Origin: Balanoglossus misakiensis
Lineage: Eukaryota > Animalia > Hemichordata
DNA length: 64,000 bases
Reading direction: 5' to 3'
Assembly (NCBI GenBank): GCA_040954595.2
Contig: CM082585.2
Span: 5,419,808 to 5,483,807, forward strand
A model generated the notes under the pieces. That model saw nothing but the letters and a program-made list of their open reading frames with translations, ran no database searches and was not told the DNA's origin. A program made the position numbers and the translations under genes. This document shows, in pieces, positions 11,701 through 25,721 of the stretch. Within the stretch, counting starts at the first letter, position 1. Each line of letters opens with the position of its first letter.

Positions 11701-13884
11701 AATTTTCTTTGAAAAAAAGCCTTGCAGATTTTGTAGCTTAAAATTTATTGACTGATACTGTTTAGTGTGTTATGTTGGAGTGAAGTTCTTTGTACGGCGA
11801 GCTGTGTCGCAGTATAATATTTATTACAAAATTTATAACTGATGTTGTGTGATATGTATTTAAATATTGATAGAGTAATAGTGGAAAAAGGTATTTTGTA
11901 GAAATCAAGGTACCGCTATTCAATGTAGGAATTATTCATAAAGTGTTGAAAGGAGTTGGCATTTAGAATTTGTATGTTGTTTCATTGTTAAAAAACTGAC
12001 ATTTAAGCAGTGAGCGCAAGTTGCCTCCAATAGCGAGATAGCCAATGGGCAAAAATGATGAATGCTGAAAAATAATATGGAAAAAAAAACAGTGAGGCGA
12101 GAAGTGCATTTTTTAGCTCAGCTGTCAGCAGCAGACCTGATCAGGTACTGAGGCAGTCATCTTCAAAACAACCTTCAAAACAACCTCTCTGAAGTTGTTG
12201 TCGTATTTCGGTGGTGTTTTCTTCGTTGCCATGGTATTTTATGTGCTGGTTCTGTAAAGTGAAGGTGAAAAAGTCTTGAAAGATTAATACATGTACATGG
12301 ACTAAAATATAAATCCCCTACATTTGCTAAGAAGTGTGAGCTTCTACATGTACAATTTAATTTACCTATTCCGAATAAAACTCTCGAAATAGGTTCCTGT
12401 AGATGTCAGTGGACTATGCCATGATCAGAAGATGTTGAACATCAAAGCACATTCAAAAGGATTTAACAAAATCTTTCCGAGAGTATTACTATAGATGCAA
12501 CGTTTCAACTCAGCAAGCATGCAGAAGACGTTTCGTGAAGCGAAGCTCGGTTGTGTTGAAATCGCGCGGACAGCCCAGGAAAATTGATAGGCCATTATGG
12601 GAAAGATTAATGTGCACTGCCAATAGTGTAAAAGATCATGGGTTCAGCCGAGAGGAAACGTCTATTTTCAGCTACCGTGCCCGGTGGTTTCTTTCGTGCT
12701 CGATGATAAATGTGCCACTTTGGGAAAGAGATGAACTGTCTTTGCTGAAGAAAAACAAGAGTTTTAGAGCGGTTCTGGTTTGGAATTTCTCAGTATTTTT
12801 TTCATGAAATGTGTACAGCCCCCAGTCGCTATTTCTGTGATTTAGGGACTGTGAGAGAATATTCCCCATTCATACTCCATCTTTTGTATTTCTTCACGGA
12901 ATATTTCCAAAATCAAGCCTGGAGTTGGAAAGTCATCGATTCACGATTAAAAAAAAAACCGAGGAGGACAAATCATTTCTGGAGAAGGGATAAGTAAAAA
13001 TGCCAACTACTAAAGAGCAGGCTAATATTACTTGTTTAATAGACATATAATATAGTTGATCCAAGAACATCTTTGAATCCAGAACTTGATATAATACCAG
13101 GTTCACACAGGGTAAAATTTGAGACACTATTTGCCTACTAGTAGATGGTTTGCACTGGTTTGGTTTGAGGGTCTTGTATAGGCCCTACTGACTTACACAC
13201 ACTTGGCAGTCTAACAGGCCTGGGAGCCAGGATTCTAGGCACCCTGGAAATCAAACCAGTTTCAACTGACTTGGCAGCGTTAGGGTTAATTAATGGTCTC
13301 CTTGTGACCACCATATATAAGAGTTGTTCCTTTTGAAATAGTAGTGTTTCTTTTGCTAGAGAAAACAGCTGAACAACCATGATTAGTGGGAGTGAGATAA
13401 GATAGTAACCACTGCAGGATCCATGATAACAGCCACAGCCAGTGCTGGTGCAACACACAAAACATGTCATTCATCAAAGTCTGGTACTGTTTCTTCTTCG
13501 GGGATAATAGTCATAGCATGGAGTGAAACTGACAGGGGCATGTCAGTTTCAGTGTCCAGATAGTGGTTGGGAAAATTCATAGGCATTGGCTGGAGGATGT
13601 CATGTACTATGCTGAAAAGTTTGACAGGAGTTTCGCACCACCAGATGTTGTACGTGGCACCGGGCTTGCTACAGCAGTAAGTACTTATTTGAACCGATGA
13701 TTTGGATGGGCAGTTTTGCTGTAGAATTTTCTCAGCAGGCTCTTGTATAAAGTGATGAGTTTCTCATCTTCTCTGTAAAAGTTGCGATCAAATTGCCATT
13801 ATTTGGGCTGTGGGGTGTAGTTTTTGAAAACTGAATTTAAAACAAGCTGTATCAGGTATAACAGCAACTGTGTGTTGGAAAATA

Positions 13885-14075
13885 TTAAAGGTATACGGTC
13901 ACCTCCAATTTACATGCACGCATATATGGCTGTAATGACATATTTGAGCGTTCTAAAGAACATACGGTGGCGCTTTTTTTTCGCGTGGCCACCCACTGAA
14001 AATCTGTGGTTGGCTTAATCTCATTTTGCCATGGTAACTGTAGCTAAATTTGCATAGGTGACCGTATACCTTTAA
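13885..14075 (+). mobile_element. MITE family C (TTAA-flanked, AGG...CCT termini; Kolobok-type)
   Basis: TTAA-AGGTATACGGTCACCT...AGGTGACCGTATACCT-TTAA, perfect 16-bp TIR, ~190 bp; three copies in the window. Confidence 0.9.
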
Positions 14076-17000
14076 CTGAAAAAGCTGAACACAGCAATTC
14101 GACATGCTTTTCGGAGCAGAGTTGAAACACAGAACAAAACTGCAGAAACGATTATCATAAACTCTTACTGCTGTCTCTACACATATTCAGAACCTGTTCA
14201 GTGCTCAATAAATATTAGAGGCCTGGTCATTGACATCACAAGGCCGTAATACACCCTGTGCACACATTTTCCCCCAAGGTATTAAAATTGACCAAATATT
14301 TGCTAAAATCTGATCGATACTCGCTGAACGGCTGTTTGACTGGTAAATACGCACCCCGCGCCATTCAATTTTGAAATGTTTGCGCGAACCTATTTACTGT
14401 CAGCTTGATGCAGGGACCGAGGACAGAAAATGAATTTATGTTCACAACAAAGTGAACCGTTTCACAGAGGCTGCTCGCGGGGATTGTGATCACAGCAGTT
14501 AAAATGAAATTCGCTTCGAAGAAAATTATTTTCCAATCGTACTTGTACTGGAAACTGAAACGCACTCAGCAAGCAATTTAATGCACGATCGAAATTGGAC
14601 AAAAAAATGATAACGGTGTGCACTGAAATAAATGAAAAAAGGAAAGAATATTGTTTGGTTAATAGCGTGTACTTTGGACTTGTGATTAAAAATGCAGGCC
14701 CAGGCAATTTAGTATGTAGATAATGTTAAATATTTCAGTCAGTAGTCTGTTGGTCTCTTGTGAGTTGGTATAAGAGAAAATGAGAGAAATAGGCCAGGAA
14801 AACAAAAATTAGATATTGAGTTGGCAGCACTTTCTTGCGAGGTTTTGTGTATGACCTAGTTAGTGGTAATCTTCCCTGTGCAGTCAATGTTGACTTGCGA
14901 GTGTCGACTGTAGCACAGGGAAACATGCCACCTGCTGGAGATCATTATGGAAATAATCCGTCATCGAAGCGTGTACTGGGGTATGTGTATATGCCGGGCG
15001 GGGCACGTTCATTTAAGGGAGTGGGCTTCAAGTGTTGGCAGGGGAGGGGGGATAAACAAAGGAGTGAAAAAAAGGCTGATGTTGAACTTGTAATAGATAG
15101 TGATGCACACAAAGTCCCCCACTAAGTGTTAGGTTAATAATTTCCGTGAAGTGGAGTAAGTTTGTGCAGTCTCGACTGTGTCAGCATTTTGGCCTGTGTC
15201 ATTTCTATGATACACAGAGCCATAACAATCATGTAATCAGTAGATATCTTTAAATTGTTTGGCAGCACTACATTCTGAAATGATAATGACCCTGGATAAC
15301 CCTTTCCCCCTCCCACTGACAAAGTTATGACAATGCCCTGATCTCGCCGACGCGGCCTACGTGCCATCCTTGGTGCATGCTGCCCTCCATCACAGCAGAC
15401 AATTATGTGGCATCTTTCACCTTGCGATGAAGCGATCCTAACCATTCAACCCCCGTAGTCCTTGATAAATAAACAAATGATCTATTTCAGTGATGGATAA
15501 TTATGGATGGAATATTTGGCATCTCACGAAGCGCATGCCTTCCCTTTCAATTACTCGCAAGTAATCAAGCTGGACAAGCGCATGTGTTTGGTGTCAGTGG
15601 TTCACAGCTGACTGCATACGCATGAAATACACCAGTGTATGTGTCTGTCTCTGTAATATAAAATATGATTAGATTTTTAGTTGACATATTGTTGTATTTT
15701 TGCTATGGGCTGTTTATGATATACCGGTATATGAGCAAAGTGATTTTTTCTAAGGTTTTTTTTTTTGTAGAAAAATATTCAGAGAGTTACACCTCATGGG
15801 CCTTATAAGATTAATTCTCACTAGTGTATAGCTTATGACATTATGATAAATACCTTTTGCATTTTGATTGGGTAAGAGGGCAAAAACATGCTGTAATAAA
15901 AGTTTGGAGTCTTCTACCTATCAGACATTTGTCTAAAAGTTCTTTCCGGTATTTTTTTGTAGTTAATAACATATAGAACTCTTGAACTTTTTGTCATTTT
16001 TTCTGCTGCAGAATTTCAGTATGATTAAACATTAAAGTTAACTTAGGAACTTCTATTTGTTGATTGAACATGATAAAAATCCACCATCTTGAAATGCTGT
16101 GCACCACGTGACATTTTTAGCATTCACCTAGGTCGCAAAAAACTATTTATTGTCGTGAGAATTGAAACATCCTGCCTTTTAGTTCATGACATTGGAAACT
16201 CACAGTTGGTGAGTGTAGCGTTCCACTAACCCAGTTATAGGGACAGATCTCTGAGGTATCATTGTGACACAGTTGAAATTTCCAGGAAGACGCAAAATCA
16301 TTGCCGTGCCGCGATCGTGATTGTTAGAGGGCACTGTCGGTTTGTAACCGGATCTTTGCATTTTTGGTAAAATATTGATGATTACCCTGGTGTGCTGGAA
16401 GGGGGTATTTATAATGCATTTCATTTTGTAGTCACCCTGTTGTACATTCTGTGTGTTCACTGTGTTACCACTGTGGTGCAATAATCAAAATCGGTGTGAA
16501 GACTACTCTTTGCTACAGCGTTTACATTCGTATGATGGGTCATTGTGTGTTATAATTAACAAGTGGAATGGTCACTGTTTTCTTTATTAAAGTTCCACTT
16601 GGTGTCACTTTTGGCTACTTTTCAGTATTTTTTTCCCGTGTATTATTTATACATTATTGTTCGGCTCGCTAAAAAGCGTCATGAAATGACAAGTATTCAG
16701 CTATACCAACAGTGTGCAGTTTGTATTGTTGTTGTTGAAAAATAGAGTAAAGTCTACTCTTAATTTCAGTTCTCAACAATGCATTGGCCATTATAACTGT
16801 ACAGGTTATGTTGACAAGCAGAATATTTGGCATGCTGTGAAGTGTAGAACAAGTGATATGCATAATAGGAAAATGCTGTAAAATAGTTAAAATTTACAGC
16901 TAGTTTCTCTTTAATTATTAATATTTTTGTATGATTTTCTGCCTCAACATTGTTGGCATCCTGTCCCCATTCTGGTTGATTTATTTTTATCGTACATTCC

Positions 17001-18092
17001 AAATAATTTATGGTACAAGCATCTACACGTTGTAGCTATACTCGGACATGACGACAGCAAAGTCCACACTGATGGTTCGTCATAAGCTTTCAGTTCGACC
17101 ATAAATAGAACCGCATTACAAACTTCACACTGAACAAAAATAGCCCGGTTCATGTCAGAAAGCGACAACGAAAATGTTTTCACAGTGCACTGTGTATTGG
17201 TTGTACAAGCCTGTTTATAGTTGGAAACTCTCGAGCATACTAGTGAATAGGGCACTTCTCAGAAACTTGTCGGGAACGTTATTTTAATACAAAACCTTCC
17301 TCTCTTTGCCGGTTGTATAGACGTTTTCAAACTAAAACAAAAGATGGCACACGTATTCATCTTTAATTTGTGTTCGTAAAAAAAAATATCAAAAAGTGAA
17401 GAGGGTCAAAGTCACCATATTTTGATGACTGTTTAATCGTGGCTGTTTATGTTGCATGCAGCATTTGAATATTTTCCATTCAGAATACACTGAATCGTAC
17501 TTACAATACACCCCACTTTTATAATAAATGCCCTAATTTTACAGAAATATCAGTGTTCGCCCTGGAAAGGCATGGAATTTTAATAAACACTCCTAGAAAG
17601 TAGTTGACAACCTTGCTATCTACGCTGCTACAAAATGTTGATTATTTATTGAGGAAAAAATGATTTAAACATGACCAGTACCATCCTTAAAAATAATACC
17701 ACAGGATTGGACTACTTTGTAAATTTGCTGGATTTTAATTGGTATTTTTAAGGAAAGGAGAACACTTCAAAGCAAATTTCAAGCGATGAACATTTTGATT
17801 TCTTGGATAGCATCAGGAGATAGCCTTGTTAATGTTTTACATGTTCGGGTCAATCTCCTTCAACTGGGCCAATGCAAATCTGCCAATTGCCTTGTGGTGG
17901 TTGTGTTGCGGATAATGTCATTCAATAGGAGCAACCCTACTACAATCATTGCAGCTACACTGTGCTAATAAACATACCATGTACAAACTAGCAGACATTA
18001 TTTATTTGTAATTTCTGGAGCCTGTAGTGGGAGTTGTTCCTGGTTGCCTTGGATCAATTGAACAATAATTCAATTGATGACTTGATTGAACA

Positions 18093-18267
18093 AATGAATG
18101 AATGAATGAATGAATGAATGAATGAGTGAATGGATGGATAGACGGATGAATGAATGAATGAATGGATGGATGGATGGATGGATGAATGAATGAATGAATG
18201 AATGAATGAATGAATGAATGAATGAATGAATGAATGAATGAATGAATGAATGAATGAATGAATGAAT
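18093..18267. repeat. (GAAT)n/(GGAT)n microsatellite
   Basis: Direct inspection; explains the HSFI-repeat ORF. Confidence 0.97.
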
Positions 18268-19267
18268 CATAGTTTAATGAAAAAAAAAATACCTGTGGAC
18301 TACATGTACAAATTAGTTACCCTAGAAAAAATTCTGTGTTTTTAATTTTAAAAAGAGTAGCCATAATTGAACATGTTCTTGAGCAGACAATAAGCGGTGT
18401 TCGAGTTTCAAGTGCACACTGCCCCGGTTGGAATGTGGAGTGTAACTGAGACCAATTATCTAGTCGTGCCGGAGAAACTGTATCCTCTCCGAGCAGTGTG
18501 ATTGAACTCCGTATGGAGTTGATGAAATGGCATGCAGCTGGACTCAGATGGATTTCAGGAACAATGTAGAACGATGAAATAGGGAAAAACGTCTGACAGT
18601 ATTCTGGCATGTTTCAACTTGTGAACATATTTGTTTATGACATGAAATACATCAGCTTCATGATTATGGTCATCATCATTGTCGTCGTCAACATCATCAT
18701 CGTCATCATCACTATCCAGAAATATATGTAGAGAAATTCCGACAAGTGAAGGATGAGAGATGTACTCTTCCCCCAGACTGGCAATCATGTCTGGGGATTT
18801 GTTGGAGTGATCCGGATTGAAATGCTGCATGCTCCAAGTGAAGAGTGGAGATTATCTGGCTCTCAATAAACATCTTGAATACCTCCGCAATGTTAAAATG
18901 ACAGCAATTGTATAAACTAGGGCATTATATCTTCTGAAGCATCAGCTCAATATTTCCCGCTGTACGCGTCATGTTGGAGACATGGATTGAAAGACTTTAT
19001 CAGAAGTTGGGTGTTCAGATAACACCTGCTCACACTATGCACACACGCTCAGACTTGGAAATAAAGATAGAAGAAGCCTGAGTCGTTTTAAGGGACAGTG
19101 TTGATGCTACATGTATATAGTAATCTGTTTCTCCCCATAACTTGTTTTCCCTTTGATACATCAAAGGGATTTATTTGTGGCTACCCCCATTCATCCATGG
19201 TCCTGTCAGACATACTTTTGCACACAGCAGCGCTGTCATTTGTTAATACCTCCACTTCTGCAGATAA

Positions 19268-19478
19268 TACCGTAAAACACTTTATTTTCGCGAGCAATAA
19301 ATTTTCGCGAAATACGCGAGAGCCAAAATAGCGCGAAAATAAAAAGTCGCGTAATTTTTTTTGAAGATAACGATGCAGTGAATGAAATAAGAGAACGCGA
19401 AAATTAATACTCGCGAAACAGTGGCCTCTCTTGATATCGCGAAAATTTTGACTCGCGAAAATAAAGTGTTTTACAGTA
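19268..19478 (-). mobile_element. MITE family A, full copy
   Basis: TIR TAC(C/T)GTAAAACACTTTATTTTCGCGAG at both ends, TA flanks, ~210 bp, reverse orientation relative to the 22152 copy. Confidence 0.9.
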
Positions 19479-20815
19479 TTCTAGATGTGAGTCAGCGAGA
19501 TTGTTAAACATGAAAGAGTAGTTTTTACCCAAACAATTCGCATGTTCCGTATGGATCGCAATATGGATGTCATTTGTGACACAAAGCAATTAATGGCACT
19601 GTATTTTGTAATAATCTCACACAGCTGTGCGACTACTCCGTCGGCACACATATTTTGCTCTGTTTATGTCGGTGCCCTGTTTTGCAAACAGTCTGCATTA
19701 TTTAGAAGTTTGTGTCTGCAGAGCTGATGTCAAAGACCGCTTGGATATACATAAATGATGGGTCTTACGCAAGAAAACATTATAAATTGGAGACTTTGTC
19801 AACCATAACAGGGACCAATGACCGCGGGCTTGTGAAACTGATACAGCTGTTTTGAGGTTTGGCAGTCGTATGACTGATCCTAATCCGCGCTCTTAATGTC
19901 ATCCCCGTGGTTTGAAAAACAGGTTCCTCGGAACTTTGATTCCCAGGTGTCAGTTATAGCATTGCGGTTGCCACGGTGATACGCACAAGTGTTGTGGCAG
20001 TGGAAATGTTAAATTAATGCAACAAAAGGATGTTGAACCCTACACAGAAAATACAGAGAAATGCGGCTTCAGTGATTTCAGCTCACATCAAAAATCAAGT
20101 GGAAATGAGGTTTTATTATTACCATATTGAGGATATTTCACCATTGGTTCCTATAGGGCTTCCTGTTCCTTATTCTCAAGTGATAAGATGTAATTTGTTT
20201 TTCCATTTCCCAAAATAATTTGACTGCCATTGTCAACATAGTTGTAGTACCATAATTGGAAGACATGGTGAAATATAAAATTACACCATTTGTATTAACA
20301 GAAAGAAACCATTAGAAGCTCTTTCGAGTTCCACCGAATTGTCATTCTAGTAGATTCCAGAGTGAATTGAATAGTAATTTGAAGAGGGTTCCTGTATTTC
20401 ATTGGAATGAAAAGAAGGGGGTGAATCAAGACAAATGTAGACAGATAAGTCACTCTGAGTCTGAATACAAAAAAGCATTACTGTAGGTATCATGCAGCGG
20501 TAATACAAAGTTAATGTGTTTCAGTATCCCAACTAGTATTCTCATGTGGAGTTCTACGATCAATGTCATGTCAGGGTACCATGCCGGGGTCAGCGTTTCA
20601 GTGCGAGGAAGTTCAGATTCCTGAAATTGAAGTCGCACCCAGAGTTGTGTGTCGGATTATCCAAAGGCATTGACTGCGTTCTCTCTGCAGCTGTTGTTAA
20701 TGTTGGAAAGGTGTCGCTTGGACAGGATGCTTGTTAAACGGAAACATTTCCGTTGCTGTTGCTGCTCTGGACTGTACGTGTGATTTGTGGGGTTCGGGCA
20801 GATTGGCTAATTGAT

Positions 20816-20909
20816 TTCACCCTTTCACCACCATGGTTCAGTCCCAAAACCCATAGTTTTTATGGTACGGTTGGACCTCTAAAGAGGGAACTGGGGGTGA
20901 AAGGGTTAA
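20816..20909 (+). mobile_element. MITE family D
   Basis: TTCA-CCCTTTCACCACCATGGTTCAGTCC...GAGGGAACTGGGGGTGAAAGGG-TTAA. Confidence 0.82.
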
Positions 20910-21427
20910 CCTGGCAGCTGCAGTCAGATGCCTTCTCATCTGAGGACCACCTCCAGTTGGACTGATTTAAGAACATAAACCGGTAAACTGCATGTTAATC
21001 TAGGTTTTAGTTGTATACCAGTTCCACAAAAAAGTAAAGTTTCTGTGAATATAGCTCTGATTTTTCATTCAACGTACAAGCTAGTCAAGCAGACCAAAGA
21101 GGTGAATACATGTACTAGAACAGGATAGCCCATGCAGAGAACTAACTCACTGATTTTCATCATGCCACTCGACGCACGTAAAAAAAACCAACATCACAAC
21201 AAAGGACGATAAAACTTGTAATAAGGCCAGCAGAATCCCCAAAGGTATCAGCCGCTTATTGCTAAATCACCACAGTTCTCACTCGGAGCAGTAACAGCCC
21301 ATTTACGACTCCACAGGGCTTTGCGTTAACTGAATTTAATGAAAACGTTCAAGGAAATTATAAATAGCTTCTATTGACCTAGTCAACCACGGGCCCTGCC
21401 GATTGCTTTTCATACTAGTCCTAACTT

Positions 21428-21786
21428 TTAAAGGGACAAAGTCTCTCTCTCGCTGCCCTTTTTCCATTAGTTATGTTTGATACAAGACACCGTTCATGTT
21501 ATTCTACATGTGGATATATAGTGAATCAATGTTCGGCCACACACAACTTCCATTCTGTTTGTAGGATATGAGAGCAAAAATTTTGCCAAAATGAATAAAT
21601 GGTAAACACCGATTATTCATTTTGGCGAGTCTTTCACTCTTGTGTCTACAAGTTGGATGGATGTTGTGTGTGGTTGAACGTTGATTCACTATATATATTC
21701 ACATGTCGAATAACAGAAACGGTGTCTTGTATCAAACATAATTAATGGAAAAAGGGCAGCGAGAGAGAGAGACTTTGTCCCTTTAA
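21428..21786. mobile_element. MITE family B (TTAA-flanked, AGGG...CCCT termini; Kolobok-type), near-palindromic
   Basis: TTAA-AGGGACAAAGTCTCTCTCTCGCTGCCCTTTTTCCATTA...TAATGGAAAAAGGGCAGCGAGAGAGAGAGACTTTGTCCCT-TTAA; inverted similarity runs to the centre. Confidence 0.9.
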
Positions 21787-22151
21787 TGCTGACTGCTGCG
21801 ATACAAACTTGCCACGGTTTCTTGGAACTGGTCCGAGATTCTGTTTTATTATTGTGCGTATGTATACTTTTTAATCACGCCCGACATTATCAGGGACATT
21901 AAGTGCCCATAAAAATTCTTTTTATGTGCAAAATTTATCCATCGGTGTGAGCAAGAAAAAAAAACTGCTAAGGGATTTCTTCCAGTGAGGTCATGAAACC
22001 CATAAAAGTAATATGGAAACCAGTCGTTATGTTTGCCTTGCTGGTGATGCAGCACGACAGGGGATTATGAATCACAGTGTGTCTGCAGGCGGCACAAAGA
22101 ACGCACGGGTATGATATGCTGTGATTGTGACCGGTATCATGGGGCTGTACA

Positions 22152-22368
22152 TACTGTAAAACACTTTATTTTCGCGAGTTGAAATTTTGGCGATATCGAG
22201 AGAGACCACTGTTTCGCGAGTATTAATTTTTGCGTTCTCTTATTTCATTCACTGCATCGTTATCTTCAACAGAAAAAAAAATTACGCGACTTTTTATTTT
22301 CACGCTATTTTGGCTCTCGCGTCTATAGCGAAAATTTATTGCTCGCAAAAATAAAGTGTTTTACAGTA
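22152..22368 (+). mobile_element. MITE family A, full copy
   Basis: TACTGTAAAACACTTTATTTTCGCGAG...CTCGCAAAAATAAAGTGTTTTACAGTA. Confidence 0.9.
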
Positions 22369-22461
22369 CATGTATGTGTAGTCATCACATTATCGTTGTC
22401 GTAAGAAACACACTAGGTGGTATTTAACCGGTTTCATTTCAATCTGACTGCTGTGAATCTT

Positions 22462-22648
22462 ATTGGTCATGCACCTGGCGGGAGCTGTGACTGTGATTGG
22501 CTGTGGACAGGATGCAAATTAGAACATGGCCTTACCAGCCAATGAGCATCGAGAGCACTTGAAATATGCATGAATGCACTGAGGTGCATGCATGCAAATT
22601 ATGTCAGATACGAACCAATCGCTGAAATGTGTTAAATCACGTACGTGA
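22462..22648. promoter_or_regulatory. Promoter/enhancer-like cluster: 4 CCAAT boxes, 2 octamers, palindrome TCACGTACGTGA
   Basis: ATTGG at 22462 and 22496, CCAAT at 22539 and 22615, ATGCAAAT at 22512 and 22592, palindrome at 22637-22648. Confidence 0.45.
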
Positions 22649-23736
22649 GCTTAGCCTGCACATGATACCACTGTGGAGAGTGAGAAAGACCCTCGGCAAA
22701 TGAAAGAAAATTTCCTGACAGGCAGGGACAGACAGGAAACTGGCAACACGATCTCACCTACGTGAAGTGGTTTGATCGTTAAGTGATGATGACAGAGCTT
22801 TTAAAGGTAAATTACCACTGCAAGGCACACACACACCCGTGTCTGCTAGCTTTTCTTAGCAGTGTGATTGCTCCCAAGAAATCCATAGTCACACGGTGAA
22901 TGTCTTGTTACACTGGGCCCAGTTTCATTCAATGTTTCCAATGAACGTTTGAGAATTCAGCCTAATTCAAGCTAATTTGCGAGATGACTTCAGATAATGA
23001 CCTCTGACGTTGTTGATATGGTTCATAGCTTGTACTCTTTGGTGAGTTAAGTTAAAAATGTATAATATCCTCTTGTTCAGCATCATACAAGAAAATACGC
23101 CAAAATATAATTTTTCCATTATGGATGAGGAATAAGGAACATATGCAATCTGTTTTGAGTTTATTTTTCATTCAGTCGCATTAATAAACAGAAAGCAGAT
23201 CACTGCATGAATTATACCTAGTTGTGTGCGAAAAAAAATTGCCAAAGTGAAATTGTACTGAAGAGTATTAAGGTTTGATGGCACAGGTCACACAAATTTC
23301 AACGAACAAATTTTTGTCTGAAAAACTATGAATTTGTTTTAAATTAGCTCATAAGGCTATAGAGTTCTGCTTTGCAGTGACGACCTCAATTTCATGGTTT
23401 TGAATCCATTTAGTGAGAAAAAATTGAAAAAGTCACGTTTGCTGGCGTCGACATCCTCAGCGTATCGGTAGATGAAAATGTCAGTGTGATCATCATATTT
23501 AACATCGATGGACATGGCATGCAGCGAAGGGTTATTGCTCTCCGATGAAATAAATCAATTTTATTCAAGAAAAAAGGGCTTTATGATGCAAAATGCCACA
23601 GATATAATTATTTTTCATACCGCAGTGAAATCTAGCCCCAGGTGCTTACAGTACATAGCCAAGCCTCGCATGGACAGGATGCTTCATTCCCAGGTCCAAC
23701 CATTCCAGTGTATTCCGCAGGGGTGCCCAGTAGGAC

Positions 23737-24091
23737 TTAAAGGGACAAAGTCTCTCTCTCGCTGCCCTTTTTTCCATTAATTATATTTGATACAAGACAC
23801 TGTTTGTTATTGTACATGTGGATATATAGTGAATGAACGTTCAACCACACACAACTTCCATCCCTCTTATAGACAGGAGAGTGAAAAAACTCGCCAAAAT
23901 GAATAATCGTTCTTTACCATTTATTCATTTTGGGCGAGTTTTTACTCTCATATCATACAAGTGGGATGGAAGTTGTGTGTGGTTTAACGTTGATTCACTA
24001 TATATCCACATGTAGAATAATATAAACAGTGTCTTGTATCAAACATAATTAATGGAATAAGGGTAGCTGGACAGAGACTTTGTCCCTTTAA
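23737..24091. mobile_element. MITE family B, full copy (centre in opposite orientation to the 21428 copy)
   Basis: TTAA duplication at both ends, same long TIRs. Confidence 0.9.
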
Positions 24092-25286
24092 TGAGGGGTA
24101 ATTTGAAGTGGTTACGGAGTGCATGCGCGCAAAGGGAGGGGGAATTCACTACACAATGCAAAAAAAAATTCACATTTATAAAAAAGTCCGTGTCAAGGAC
24201 CACCAACGCATCAGTTAACACACAGGTGTTTCTGGCACCCTGTGTTTGCCCTCTTTGTCGCACACAACCTGTAGTTGATGCAGGTTTCGGCACAAACTTT
24301 ACAGAAACGTGCCGAAAAAAATATCTCGTATCTCGAGGACAAATCGCACCACGTCACATCATATCACTATGACCTATACACGTAACGACATCTTGCAATT
24401 AGTGTGATTAATTTCCCCCATTTTCCTTTTATTTTTGACACCATTAAGGACCTGCTTTTAGCAAATTGCCTCCGAATAAAGTTCAAAGTGGCCCGTGTAT
24501 TTCGCACCGGGACGTGGGTTCGAACAAATTACATCTGATAGGTCTACCAGTATTCCGATTTTCCCGTAGACAAAAATAAAATTAAGGAAGACAACCTCAC
24601 CAGATTTACATGTTACATAGCTGTGGATTATAAATCATGTGTCAGTTTCCTGAATTAATAAGAATTCATGGAATGTTTACATCATGATTGAAAATATCAT
24701 TACCATCTGATTGAAAATAATCAGTACATTAATCTGGAAGAAATGAAATGCATCCATTTTCTCGTCTCCGATTAGCTGTATGGTTACTGGATTTTCTTGA
24801 AATACGACACTTGACGTGCATGTCAGTATTGATTAATTTTATAATCAGAAAAGAATTAGGGCAGCATTTGCTGAATATAGCCACTAGTACACAACTCATC
24901 TGGGGGGGGTTGTTGTTGAACGATCGTAAATCAGCTCCTATTGTTGATATCGAGATCGTGCTTCTTCGTCGTTCGAAGGTCACGGCAAAAGTTGCACCTG
25001 GCGACCTCCCGAGAAAGTCTGATCATTTCCATTATGAAAGCTGTTTTGGGGTTCTTTTTGGAAGAATTTCTGTCAAATGTCAAACCGAAATTACCATGAC
25101 GACTGAATGTTGCCAGCTATGGGTGACAACTGTGTTGAATTTTGGGGCTGCGAAATTGCGTGATGCTCCATATCAGAAGTTTATTTTTATTCACACGTTG
25201 GCCTGCACTTAAACACCTGAAAATAATGTTCTTCAGAACAGGTTTAGGCAAAATATTTAGCTTTCACAAGAAAAAATGTCCTGAAG

Positions 25287-25480
25287 TTAAAGGTATACGG
25301 TCACCTCCAATTTACATACGCCCATATATGGCTGAAATGGCGTATTTGAGCGTTCTAAAAAACATATGGTGGCGCTCTTTTTTTTCACGTGTGCCACCCA
25401 CTGAAAATCAGCGATTGGCTAGATCCTAATTTACCATGGTAACTGTGGCTAAATTTGCACAGGTGACCGTATACCTTTAA
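25287..25480 (+). mobile_element. MITE family C
   Basis: Perfect 16-bp TIR and TTAA duplication; body homologous to the 13885 copy. Confidence 0.9.
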
Positions 25481-25707
25481 AAACATGTGCTCTGTACATT
25501 TTATCATGGCTGACATGCTGTGTATTTTCATCTCGGAGAAAATGTTACTGTTTGTTTCAAAAACAGGAGCTGAATTTCAACAGGAGCAAAATGTTCATAG
25601 TTTTAATAGAGGATTAAAATTCAGGAAAAATCATGCTTTTAATGGAGTCATGAATGTCATTGAACTTTGATATACAGACTACAAAAGCACTTGTGTATAT
25701 CCGAGTT

Positions 25708-25721
25708 GTTGCCATAGCAAC
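25708..25721. promoter_or_regulatory. RFX X-box-like site GTTGCCATAGCAAC
   Basis: Consensus match, 2.3 kb upstream of exon A. Motif match only. Confidence 0.5.

Noticed and set aside
18070-18270. HSFI-repeat ORF
   Set aside because: Translation of the (GAAT)n microsatellite.
18555-18830. Acidic poly-Asp ORF on the - strand
   Set aside because: The acidic run comes from a degenerate (TCA/TCG)n tract; no domain recognised.
24488-24527. Pol III B-box-like GGTTCGAAC (tRNA/SINE?)
   Set aside because: No properly spaced A-box, no cloverleaf and no second copy.
24748-25212. 154-aa + strand ORF as a possible DGK first exon
   Set aside because: No similarity to DGK N-termini and only a weak donor (aag|GTCACG).
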